Source: a bacterium
GTDB taxonomy: Bacteria; Hinthialibacterota; Hinthialibacteria; Hinthialibacterales; Hinthialibacteraceae
Assembly (NCBI GenBank): GCA_963663405.2
Contig: CAXXSM010000081.1
Location: 1-18,944, forward strand
DNA length: 18,944 bases
Reading direction: 5' to 3'
Position 1 is the stretch's first letter. Each line of letters begins with the position of its first letter. The position numbers and the translations under genes are program-made. This document shows, in pieces, positions 1-8,793 of this stretch. Under the pieces are notes generated by a model. The model did no database searches, had not been told where the DNA came from, and saw only the letters and a list, made by a program, of their open reading frames with translations.

Positions 1-22
1 CAGTATCCCGTCCTGTTTTTTA

Positions 23-872
23 GTTTGCCCAGCGAAGCGGGCAACTCCGGCTTGTTGAAAGAAACAGGCGTCGCCCCGGCCAAGGGGAAGACAATCCAAA
101 TCGCAAGGGCGTTGCTGGCAACGGCAGGGTCTGAAGGAAGCGATAGGAAGTGAACGGCACATAGCGCAAGCGAACCTGATTCGGCGGCGCGGGTGGGTAA
201 GCGTGCTAAATAGCGCAACGCCCAAAACTTGGTCAGACCCGTGACGTGTTTGAGGATGGGGCAGTTCACAGGAACCCGTCAGTAACTGGGGAAGCCTCAT
301 ATCGTTCCGCCCGGCACAGCCGGAGCGGATAGTGAAACTCAAGAGGAGACTCGAGACGGATCGAAGCGGTGTGAGGTGGCAGATGAATCCGTAGTAGTGT
401 TGAAATCCCGGCCTGAGAAAGCGGGTAACCGTCTGGAGGAGAAAACCGGGATGACCTGCGGCCAAGTTCGCAGGGGCCGACGGAGAAGCCAAAAGCGCCG
501 CTGGTTGCGAAGGGAGGAAGTTGATTCGAAGGTTCTCGGAAATCGAAAGAAGCGTGGAACCGAACATAAGCCATTCGTCGGGATGGGGCACTTGGAAAGC
601 GGTACGCTGTGAAAGGCGGTCTGCCTTCCTGGGCTGTTCGCCGGAGTAGTTTGGAAACGAGGCCGCACATTGCCCGAGAGGGATAGAAGGCGACATCGTC
701 CAAGCGAAGAGCCGGAGGGGAAGTGATGATTTCGAAAGAAGAGGATGCAGGAGCGAGACTTCTGTTTCAGTCAAATGAAGGAGAATCAACAGGAGCCGTA
801 TACGAGGCCCGTACGTACGGTTCTGTGAGAGGGATAAGGTAGGATTGATTTTCCTACCTTACCCTACTCGAT
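23..872 (+). mobile_element. Group II intron, ORF-less (RT/IEP deleted), copy 1
   Basis: Domain V GAGCCGTATACGAGGCCCGTACGTACGGTTC (793-823, AGC triad). Domain VI hairpin GAGAGGG-ATAAGGTAGGA...TCCTACCTTA-CCCT[A]CTC with bulged A866, ending ...GAT (AY) at 872. DIII-like motif at 379-447. 5' boundary GTTTG is set by where identity with copy 2 begins. No RT ORF. Confidence 0.92.
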
Positions 873-930
873 ATGGGTTATGTGCGCCTGATACTATAAA
901 CGCTAATGGAATGATCAACTCCTTACGGTC

Positions 931-3345
931 CAGAACTCACTATTTCGGCCGTTTTGGTCCTGAAACAATCGCAATTTCAAATTCCGTTTTTTCCCCAAGA
1001 CGAAAGTGAATTTGCCGATTCGAACCATCGGGCATAAGCGGGTGGCTCTCATTAATGTTAGCCAGATACTGCTCCATAATCCGCCTTACTTTCGGTGGAT
1101 AATTCGGTTTCGGAAGGAGAATGACTTCCACCTGATCTCCCTGTTGTTTGATGACTCCATCCGATTGAGTTAAGGAACGAAAGAGCACGTGATCATCCCT
1201 GAAATTATCATACTCTTTTTTGAACGGCTCCAGCATTTTATAAAAGATATTTCGCGCCAACAATTTCAAAACGTCCATCAAATATTTATTGCGTGTATCC
1301 AAGCGGACGCAATCCTGCTCGATTAAAAACTCCAGCCGGGACATTTCCTTTTCTGTTGTTTTCATTTCCTCGTCAATCTCATCCAGCCGGAGAGACAAGG
1401 TTTGAATCTTTTCGGCACGTTTTGCATTTTTCCCAGGATGTTGACGCTCCTGGACCAAGAGTTTGCCCAATTTCTCTTGCGTTTGGCTTCGTTCCATTTC
1501 CAGCGCTTTATACGCGCCGCTCTTCATTTGTTTATCTTCCAGGTGATCTTGTAACCGCTTGTAAGGAATCACCGCATAACTGGTGATTTCGTTAATCCCA
1601 AAGTGTTTGTCTAAATACTTAAAATCATTTTCCTGGATCCAGCGCCGGAAGATCAATGTAATTATCTCTGGCGCCGGCCGAGTCAAGTCATCGGTCAATA
1701 CGCCCACTTCGATCGTCCGTCCTTTGGGATTGGCCGCACGCACGCGCAGTCTCCGCATTAACGAATCCTTTTCCCAGCGCTCATCAAGGTAGGCGAAGGT
1801 ATAGAGTTGCAGATCCGTAGCGCAATTGCGGTTCCGTTCCAGCGTGAAGGTTCCCGGCGCCAGTTCCGCTGGCCAAGGCGCCAACTTGAAGTTCTTTTCC
1901 CACGTGATCACATGCGTGGAAGTATCTTCGATGAATTTCTGAAAGACTTCAAGACTGTATATCCCACGGTCAACGATGAAGGTGATCACCTTCTTTTTAT
2001 CCATCTGTAAAAGCGCTCGAAAGTGGTTGGTCACCTGAAAAAACCGGTCCCGCATGTCTTCGTAATTATCGGTCGATTCGAGATACACCGGATGCCCCGC
2101 CGCCGTGTGAATAAAATCCATATAGAGCGCTTTATCCGCCGAACGGATGCTTGGACACCAGCCTTTCAAGACGTTCTAGATTCCTGTATAGCGTTTCGTA
2201 TGGGGATCGTAATAAAAGTCATCGTTCGCCGCCGCATTGACCTCTGCGGCGTTTAATCGAAGTACTTGCTCCGCTATCGCCGCCGTCGCCATTTGGCCCA
2301 GATGCGTTCGTTGATCATGCAAGGAGCGCATGCACTTTCCCAAAAGCCGTTTCAAATCCTCAAAATCCAGCAACTTGGTTTGTTCGATATTGACCGCTCC
2401 TAACAAGATGATCGCCACCCATTGTTTGAGCAGCCAACTCTCCTTCTCCGGGAAAGCGTCGAGACGGAGAAACAACGCGCTGAACAGCAACACGCCCAGG
2501 TGATGACACAGAGTCACTTCCTCCGGAAAGGCTTCCTTTAATTCGGGAGACTCCTTGCGATTGTTACAAGGCATTGGTGTGGATGACTCCTTAGATTGTT
2601 CTCGAATTTCTTCGTTTTCAGAGCCAATTTCGCTTGTCTTCTCCTCTTCTTCGATCTCGGGTTCCTGCTCACAATCCCAGGGAGTTTCCTCATTTTCCTT
2701 TTGATCTTTTATGCTTTCCTTCAATTCTCTCAGCAAGAGACGGAGCGTTTCCCCGGATAGGGTGCGGCCGAACACCTGCTCAATCTCGTCTCGCATGCGT
2801 TTGCTATATTCATATTTTGTTTCCTCGTAAATCGCTGGAAATCGCATGCGGATATACGATTCGATTTCCGGAGTGAGTTTTCTTCGCGCTTGGCGGCCAA
2901 ACAACACTTTCCGTAGTTGTTCACTATCCCCAGAGCGAAGAGCGGCGCCCCACCGCTTCATGGTTTTCCGGTCCACTTGAAAGACTTCTTGCAAGATGGT
3001 CGCATTGAGGTTGGCGTTGTAGAGTCGAGCGACGAGTAATTTGTATTCGATATGCTCTCGATCGTCCGGTACAATTTCTAATAGATGCGCGCCGTAATAG
3101 ACATGCAACTGGTCTTCCTCTTCATCGCAGAAAATCGTAAACACCGGATTTCTCTTGTCCGTGCCTAAAATCTTTTGTAAATAATCGGAATGTGATAAAG
3201 GAGAAATGATGAGTCCCTCTCTGTTTTTTTATTTATTGAATTACTGGATTGTAGAGGGGAGTAGGCTGACAGCAAATTCCCTCGGAAAGTGGGAATCTTA
3301 TTTGCGATTATTTTGGGTTAAAAATGGCTGTTTTAGTGAGGTCTG
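931..3345 (-). mobile_element. IS-like element with large DDE-type transposase (family not assigned)
   Basis: Terminal inverted repeats CAGAACTCACTA (931-942) and TAGTGAGGTCTG (3334-3345), 11/12 match, enclose the transposase frame. No TSD visible. Confidence 0.65.
940..3210 (-). pseudogene. Large (~756 codon) putative DDE transposase with a single in-frame TAG at 2176-2178
   Basis: ORFs 2176..3144 and 940..2169 are in the same frame (HTKRYTGI*NVLKGWCP). DDE-like motifs FYYDPH, FIVDRG, RRWIQENDFKY; N-terminal HTH-like segment. Frame stays open upstream to ATC at 3208-3210 behind GAGAGGG. Confidence 0.8.
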
Positions 3346-3428
3346 ACCCTCTTTGAGGCCAGGCCGCGAAACGATTGGGCTTTGATCAGTTCACAAAATC
3401 AATCGCATGGGGTAATTTTGCCTCTTCG

Positions 3429-3530
3429 CTATTTCATGTGGGTAGAGGGTAGAACCTTGGGAAGATTAAATTCCAATTTTCCTCTACCAAACAGATGGTT
3501 ATGATTAAATTGTAGACGTTTCGATATCTG
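3429..3530 (-). repeat. Diverged second copy of the ISL3 transposase 3' end (direct repeat of ~3909-4011)
   Basis: ctatttcatgtgggtagagggtagaaccttgggaagattaaattccaa vs ctatttcgtgtggggcgaggggaagaaccttgggaagattgaattccaa; translates RYRNVYNLIITICLV vs GYRNVNNLITTIYLI. Confidence 0.9.
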
Positions 3531-3627
3531 CTAAGCGACAAGTATTTTTCAGTAGGATTGCCTTCCATTGATCCGTTTGCGGGTTTGGATTTTATCGGAG
3601 AAAAAAACTTACTTTCATGTGCCGCAT

Positions 3628-3784
3628 GCTTGTGGAGTCTGTGGTCAGGCGCCTCAATAATCTTTCTCATTCCCCCTATTCTTTCGCAGGCGGCTGTCCA
3701 AATCTTGTGGGCAAACCGTCAGGAACTTTTTCTTCTCACCCAGAGTATCGGCGGTTTGTCCATAAGATGGCAGAATCCACAAGC
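3628..3784. ncRNA. Candidate structured three-stem element inside ISL3
   Basis: Outer stem 3628-3641/3771-3784 (13/14); inner stems 3642-3653/3689-3700 (10/12) and 3703-3718/3752-3767 (14 WC + 2 G-U on + strand). Confidence 0.5.
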
Positions 3785-3908
3785 CCTCACTCGTTCGGAT
3801 TACTGACCATGAATCGCAAGACCGGAGAGACTCGGTTGGTTTCATCCGGTGTCTTTTGCTTGGTTTGGCGGCTTGCCTGCAGGAACGGGAACGATTCAAA
3901 CCGTATTA

Positions 3909-5162
3909 CTATTTCGTGTGGGGCGAGGGAAGAACCTTGGGAAGATTGAATTCCAACTTGCTTCCAATCAAATAGATGGTAGTGATCAAATTGTTGACGT
4001 TGCGATAGCCTCTCGCACGAGCCTTGGCGGCTTGGATCAGACTATTCATCCCCTCCAACAGACCATTGTTGATTCGCGAAGTAAACCAACGCACCACACC
4101 AGCCCAGTGCTCTTTGATCGTTTTCGCGGCCTTGATCATCGGCTCAATCCGGCTGTGAGTCGCCCAGTAATACCACTTTTTAAGAAACGATTCCCCCTCC
4201 TCCGGATCGTCGAACGAAAACACGTCTTGGAACACGGATCGCAGATGGTAGGCTTTCACCGTCTTCAATTTGCTCCCTCGTACATCTTGAAAGATTTCGC
4301 TCCGTTTCTTTTCTTGCTTCTCCGTGAGATTCCATTCATTCTTCAGCCAAATATACTTCGTCCCCTTCAACAAGTCGGGATAGATCGCTTGGTCTTGTTT
4401 GCGCACTTCGTCTACGGCTTGATTGATAATCCTCATCAGGTGGTATTCATCAAATGTCATTTCGGCGGCCGGGAAATTGGCTTCAATCCCGGATTGAAAC
4501 GCCTGGGACATATCCAAACAAAATTCCTCCACCTGCTCCGCCTTTCCGTTATGCGTCTCTAAATCCTCTTTGAACGCCTTCACCGTTTGCGCGTCCTTTC
4601 CATCGGTGGCAAACATCACGCTGCGCTCGTCCAAATCCATGAATACGCTGACATAATTGTGCCCTTTGGCCTTGGAGGTCTCATCCACCCCCACCGCCTT
4701 CACTCCCGAAAAATCCTCCCTCTCTCGCGCGTCCATCACATAATGAGTCAGCACTCGCCAAATCAGCGTGTCATATTCTCCGACCACTCGGCTGATCGCA
4801 TTGGCCGTCATCCCATTCTCCGCCAGTGCCATGACCAACGCTTCAAATAACAACGTAAATCCCGCCCCCGGACGGGCCCAGGGAAGATTCACTGTCTTGA
4901 CTTTATGATTGGGACATTTCACACGAGGTTGCCGGGCGTGTAAATACGTCTCATACTGAAAGAAATTCAGATGCCTCCAAGTGCGTCGTTTCGTATCATG
5001 CACTCCGCACAGGTTCCCGCATTCGGGACAGGGAAACAGACTCCCCTCGGGAAAGTCCAGCGTGAGGTGCAAGGTTTTTTCTTCCTCAGGAAACTCGGCC
5101 TGGACGACCTGCCATGGCTCACTCAAACCTAACGCTAACCGGAATAATTCTTGGTTCTTCAT
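3909..5162 (-). CDS. ISL3-family transposase, 417 aa
   Basis: zf-ISL3 (CPECG...RVKCPNH), VGVDETS, CLDMS, FDEYH and NNGLLEGMNSLIQAAKARARGYRN motifs. Confidence 0.95.
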   Translation of the reverse strand: MKNQELFRLALGLSEPWQVVQAEFPEEEKTLHLTLDFPEGSLFPCPECGNLCGVHDTKRRTWRHLNFFQYETYLHARQPRVKCPNHKVKTVNLPWARPGAGFTLLFEALVMALAENGMTANAISRVVGEYDTLIWRVLTHYVMDAREREDFSGVKAVGVDETSKAKGHNYVSVFMDLDERSVMFATDGKDAQTVKAFKEDLETHNGKAEQVEEFCLDMSQAFQSGIEANFPAAEMTFDEYHLMRIINQAVDEVRKQDQAIYPDLLKGTKYIWLKNEWNLTEKQEKKRSEIFQDVRGSKLKTVKAYHLRSVFQDVFSFDDPEEGESFLKKWYYWATHSRIEPMIKAAKTIKEHWAGVVRWFTSRINNGLLEGMNSLIQAAKARARGYRNVNNLITTIYLIGSKLEFNLPKVLPSPHTK

Positions 5163-6097
5163 TCTCTTCCTTCTCTCTCTTGGGATTGGGATCTTTGTCT
5201 TTAGCCTGGGCGGAGGATCGGACCTTGCGGGGACGCGAACTGAGTGCTGACCAAGAAGACTGTCGAAGGACGGTCTAGCACCGCCCTTCTTGTTAGTTTA
5301 TCTCGTCGGGATTGGTACGTAAGCGATATATCTCCGGGAGGATGGAGGAAAGCCTTCCCCAAATCTACCCACTCGATTCCGCGAAGAGCCGTAATTTTCG
5401 CCGGAGACAAAAATGCGGGAATACTTCCTCAATGTGAAAAGACAGGAAGTAACAGGTCATATAATTCACAGTGGTCTGTTCAGAGAAAAGGGACGCTTAT
5501 TTGCCAGAAATTGGAAATGAACCAAAGAGCAGGTCGTTCAATGGTTTGGTTTTCTAATGTAGGACTGGGCGAACCCATGGAAGAAGGGGATTGGCTTTTT
5601 GCTGAAACGCAAAGTGCGTACGCTGCTGTGTGTATTGTCGATGGCGGATATGCCTGGGAAGATCAAACCAGACGTGCAAAGGGCAAATGGCTGGTTTGCA
5701 AGAATGAATATTCTCCTGTCATCCTCGAAGTGGACCAGAAATCAAACTATCAGTCATTTAAGAAGTTTCGTGCAAAAGTTATCGGGAATGCGTTATCGTT
5801 TAAAAACAATATCCTGCACTATACCGGTATTTATGGTGATTCGTTTACTTTCTTTGCTGACTATTCAAAAGCCCCTCAAATTAATGGTGCACCGGTAAAC
5901 TATGCTCCATCAAAAGCGTATGACAGTCCTTTTCTAAATGCAGACTGGGATAGTGGTGTGGTTTATATCCAAAAAGGAAAAAGGTCCCTGATTCTGGATT
6001 TCAGTTCAAATGGAAAGAAAAGTATACATTAACAAAGAACGAAAGATATGGGGGAGCATCAGATCGAGTGGTGAGGCCATTCCCCTGCCGTTTGGCA

Positions 6098-6610
6098 TTA
6101 CATATCCTTTGCGTCGGATGGACTCGACGAATCGAGCAATTCGAGGAATTCAGATTTGTTGATTCCTCCGGCTCGCCAATCCAAGGCATTTCCTTGTGGA
6201 GCGGTAACGATTGTGACTGGCGTGAATTCGACCTTGTAACGAGCCAACACTGAAGCGTTGTCCAGGTTGTCTACGTCAATTGCCACGGGTATGAATTGCG
6301 CATTGACCAATGCAACCACTTGCTCATCAGCCCACACTTGGCGTTTCATTATGCGGCAGGGAACACACCATGTAGCGGTGAAGAAAAGGATCATCGGTTT
6401 GCCAGAGTCGGCTGCTTGCTGCTGGGCTAAAGTGTAGTTGTCAGCCCAATCGATGTCATTGGAGGGGACGTAGTAGCAATACCAAGCGTACACAAGTGAT
6501 ACAACAAGGAATGTCAGCCAAAAGCATTGCCAGAAATGAAATCGTTTCTTTCCGACCGGTGGTGATTCGGAGTTTCCTGACGGATGTAATAGGGATGATG
6601 ATTCGTTCAT
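6098..6610 (-). CDS. Membrane-anchored thioredoxin-family protein
   Basis: N-terminal TM segment; GKPMILFFTATWCVPCRIMK (WCxxC); cis-Pro loop FTPVT. Confidence 0.9.
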   Translation of the reverse strand: MNESSSLLHPSGNSESPPVGKKRFHFWQCFWLTFLVVSLVYAWYCYYVPSNDIDWADNYTLAQQQAADSGKPMILFFTATWCVPCRIMKRQVWADEQVVALVNAQFIPVAIDVDNLDNASVLARYKVEFTPVTIVTAPQGNALDWRAGGINKSEFLELLDSSSPSDAKDM

Positions 6611-6748
6611 TGTTATGTGTCCACATCTGTTCGCGTGTGCGACGAACTAATCGTAATAAATTGTTGGTAATTATAATGTGTTTTCTTCTCAGTCAAGAAT
6701 AAACTGAATCATATCCTTGAATAAACAGGCGAGGACCTCAGTTCGGCG

Positions 6749-6784
6749 AGCTGAGGGTCGCGGGTTCGACCCCCGTCTCCCGCT
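6749..6784 (+). pseudogene. tRNA-Gly-like 3' half (possible att remnant)
   Basis: AGCTGAGGGTCGCGGGTTCGACCCCCGTCTCCCGCT gives anticodon-stem 3' strand, T arm (GTTCGA) and acceptor 3' strand typical of tRNA-Gly. No matching 5' half (GCGGGAG) and no CCA. Confidence 0.7.
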
Positions 6785-7065
6785 TCTGATTTTATTGGAC
6801 TTACGAATGTTTATCTATTAACAAAATCTGCCTCAGGAACCCTTTTGATTGAAATCACGCCATTTTTCTGATATATGATAGAAATACTCTATTTTATAAT
6901 CCCCTTATAACTATACAGTTAAAAAACTTGTTTTTTTATAATGGGGGGAGCATCAGCTCGATGATCTGGAAATGTAAAACCGCTCACAAATTAAATCTTG
7001 TCATATGATAATTTTTTCAATATGAGTGTCTGTTGATTTTCGCATTTATTTATTCAAAACAGAAA

Positions 7066-7451
7066 CCGAAGGATGTAGACTTTCGCGTAATGGTGAAAGA
7101 GAATACCGGGAAAGAAGATCAGGGAGGGGGACCCATCTGGCGATGCAAAGATAAAGACAATTATTATATTGTTCGCTGGAATCCGCTTGAATGAAAGCAA
7201 TTATCGAGTTTATTATGTCAAAGAGGGAAAACAGACTCAAATTGCGACCGCTCAAGCTTATATCGATTCCTCAAAATGGCATGAAATTCGAATTCTGATG
7301 AAAGGGAATAAGATCACTGTTTTTTTTGGATGGAGTCCAATCGATGATTGTGGAAGATAATACGTTTGCCGATACCGGGAAAGTTGGGTTATGGACCAAA
7401 GCCGATGCGGCTACGGCATTTGATCAACTAACCATTGAGGAAATAAAGTAA
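7066..7451 (+). pseudogene. DUF1080 / 3-keto-disaccharide hydrolase-like gene remnant, three frameshifts
   Basis: Stitched frames read KDVDFRVMVKENTG/KEDQGGGPIWRCKDKDNYYIVRWNPLE/SNYRVYYVKEGK...WHEIRILMKGNKITVF/LDG...DNTFADTGKVGLWTKADAATAFDQLTIEEIK*. Confidence 0.75.
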
Positions 7452-7468
7452 GACGATTGATTCTGAAG

Positions 7469-7504
7469 AAACCGATTTCAACTGTCTGGTGAAATCGGTT
7501 TTTT
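7469..7504 (+). terminator. Intrinsic terminator; insertion target of intron copy 2
   Basis: AAACCGATTTCA-actgtctgg-TGAAATCGGTTT followed by TTT, 18 nt after the stop codon at 7449-7451. Confidence 0.85.
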
Positions 7505-8354
7505 GTTTGCCCAGCGAAGCGGGCAACTCCGGCTTGTTGAAAGAAACAGGCGTCGCCCCGGCCAAGGGGAAGACAATCCAAATCGCAAGGGCGTTGCTGG
7601 CAACGGCAGGGTCTGAAGGAAGCGATAGGAAGTGAACGGCACATAGCGCAAGCGAACCTGATTCGGCGGCGCGGGTGGGTAAGCGTGCTAAATAGCGCAA
7701 CGCCCAAAACTTGGTCAGACCCGTGACGTGTTTGAGGATGGGGCAGTTCACAGGAACCCGTCAGTAACTGGGGAAGCCTCATATCGTTTCGCCCGGCACA
7801 GCCGGAGCGGATAGTGAAACTCAAGAGGAGACTCGAGACGGATCGAAGCGGTGTGAGGTGGCAGATGAATCCGTAGTAGTGTTGAAATCCCGGCCTGAGA
7901 AAGCGGGTAACCGTCTGGAGGAGAAAATCGGGATGACCTGCGGCCAAGTTCGCAGGGGCCGACGGAGAAGCCAAAAGCGCCGCTGGTTGCGAAGGGAGGA
8001 AGTTGATTCGAAGGTTCTCGGAAATCGAAAGAAGCGTGGAACCGAACATAAGCCATTCGTCGGGATGGGGCACTTGGAAAGCGGTACGCTGTGAAAGGCG
8101 GTCTGCCTTCCTGGGCTGTTCGCCGGAGTAGTTTGGAAACGAGGCCGCACATTGCCCGAGAGGGATAGAAGACGACATCGTCCAAGCGAAGAGCCGGAGG
8201 GGAAGTGATGATTTCGAAAGAAGAGGATGCAGGAGCGAGACTTCTGTTTCAGTCAAATGAAGGAGAATCAACAGGAGCCGTATACGAGGCCCGTACGTAC
8301 GGTTCTGTGAGAGGGATAAGGTAGGATTGATTTTCCTACCTTACCCTACTCGAT
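7505..8354 (+). mobile_element. Group II intron, ORF-less, copy 2
   Basis: Same length as copy 1 (offset 7482). Differences seen at 307/7789 (C/T), 446/7928 (C/T), 690/8172 (G/A). DV 8275-8305, branch A8348. Confidence 0.92.
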
Positions 8355-8641
8355 ACTACGGGATAAACTGCTAACGATAGGATTCAGGCCTGTTGCACTC
8401 TCGTCTATAGAGAGAGAGTACTTCCAACTTGTTCAACATTTGACAGGCATCAATTTCGTTGCAATAAAAATGGGGATGCGGTTGTTCTTCATCTCCATCC
8501 AAGAAAAATGTTTTGGGAATCAATTCGGTTTCCCAACCATATTTCTCAATCAATTCCGATAAAAATGTTTCTTGAAAATCTTTCCGGGGAGGAGAATAGG
8601 ATATTTTTTTGAAAGGCTTTGGGGCATATCTGACAAAATCT

Positions 8642-8660
8642 CATAATGATAATGAAAAAC
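8642..8660 (+). promoter_or_regulatory. Possible Fur/PerR-family box upstream of catalase
   Basis: CATAATGATAATGAAAAAC matches 14/19 of GATAATGATAATCATTATC; AT-rich context weakens it. Confidence 0.3.
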
Positions 8661-8793
8661 AACATGAAAAGAAATAGGTTGTCTGTTGCAATGCGTATAA
8701 GTGTATGGGGGAGGCTATTTGATATACAATCAGTGGATATGAGAAATTGAAGCCTGCGAAAATCTATGTCCAGGGAAAAACAAGGAGAACGAA

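Larger units (their letters stand above)
3420..5390 (-). mobile_element. ISL3-family insertion sequence, 1971 bp
   Basis: IRs GCCTCTTCGCTATTTCATGTGGGTAGA (3420-3446) and reverse complement of 5364-5390 GGCTCTTCGCGGAATCGAGTGGGTAGA (20/27). 8-bp TSD GTAATTTT at 3412-3419 and 5391-5398. Confidence 0.95.
3346..6032 (+). pseudogene. 5'-truncated hypothetical gene split by ISL3 (3346-3419 joined to 5399-6032)
   Basis: Removing the IS and one TSD gives a continuous frame TLFEARPRNDWALISSQNQSHG-VIFAGDKNAGILPQC...SIH*. The 5' part is missing beyond the other IS. Confidence 0.8.
6048..6961 (+). repeat. ~20-bp imperfect direct repeat pair (6048-6067, 6941-6961)
   Basis: ATGGGGGAGCATCAGATCGA vs ATGGGGGGAGCATCAGCTCGA. 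Confidence 0.7.

Noticed and set aside
266-703. ORFs within the intron copies (266..703, 339..668, 376..612 and 7411..8271 equivalents)
   Set aside because: Shadow frames of structured intron RNA; no RT motifs such as YADD.
877-883. GTTATGT attC-like core after intron copy 1
   Set aside because: No matching inverse core and stem, no integron integrase, no cassette array.
3849-4562. 237 aa plus-strand ORF
   Set aside because: Antisense shadow of the ISL3 transposase.
5244-5390. N-terminus of the 262 aa ORF 5244..6032
   Set aside because: Lies inside the ISL3 end; the real frame continues from 3346-3419.
6894-6947. TTATAAT repeats as a PerR box
   Set aside because: Spacing does not fit TTATAATNATTATAA; AT-rich background.
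8358-8371. ACGGGATAAACTG resembling the reverse complement of 1-11
   Set aside because: Only 8 bp exact plus an indel; compatible with chance.
8371-8553. 60 aa minus-strand ORF
   Set aside because: May be a gene remnant, but no motif or RBS that I can support.
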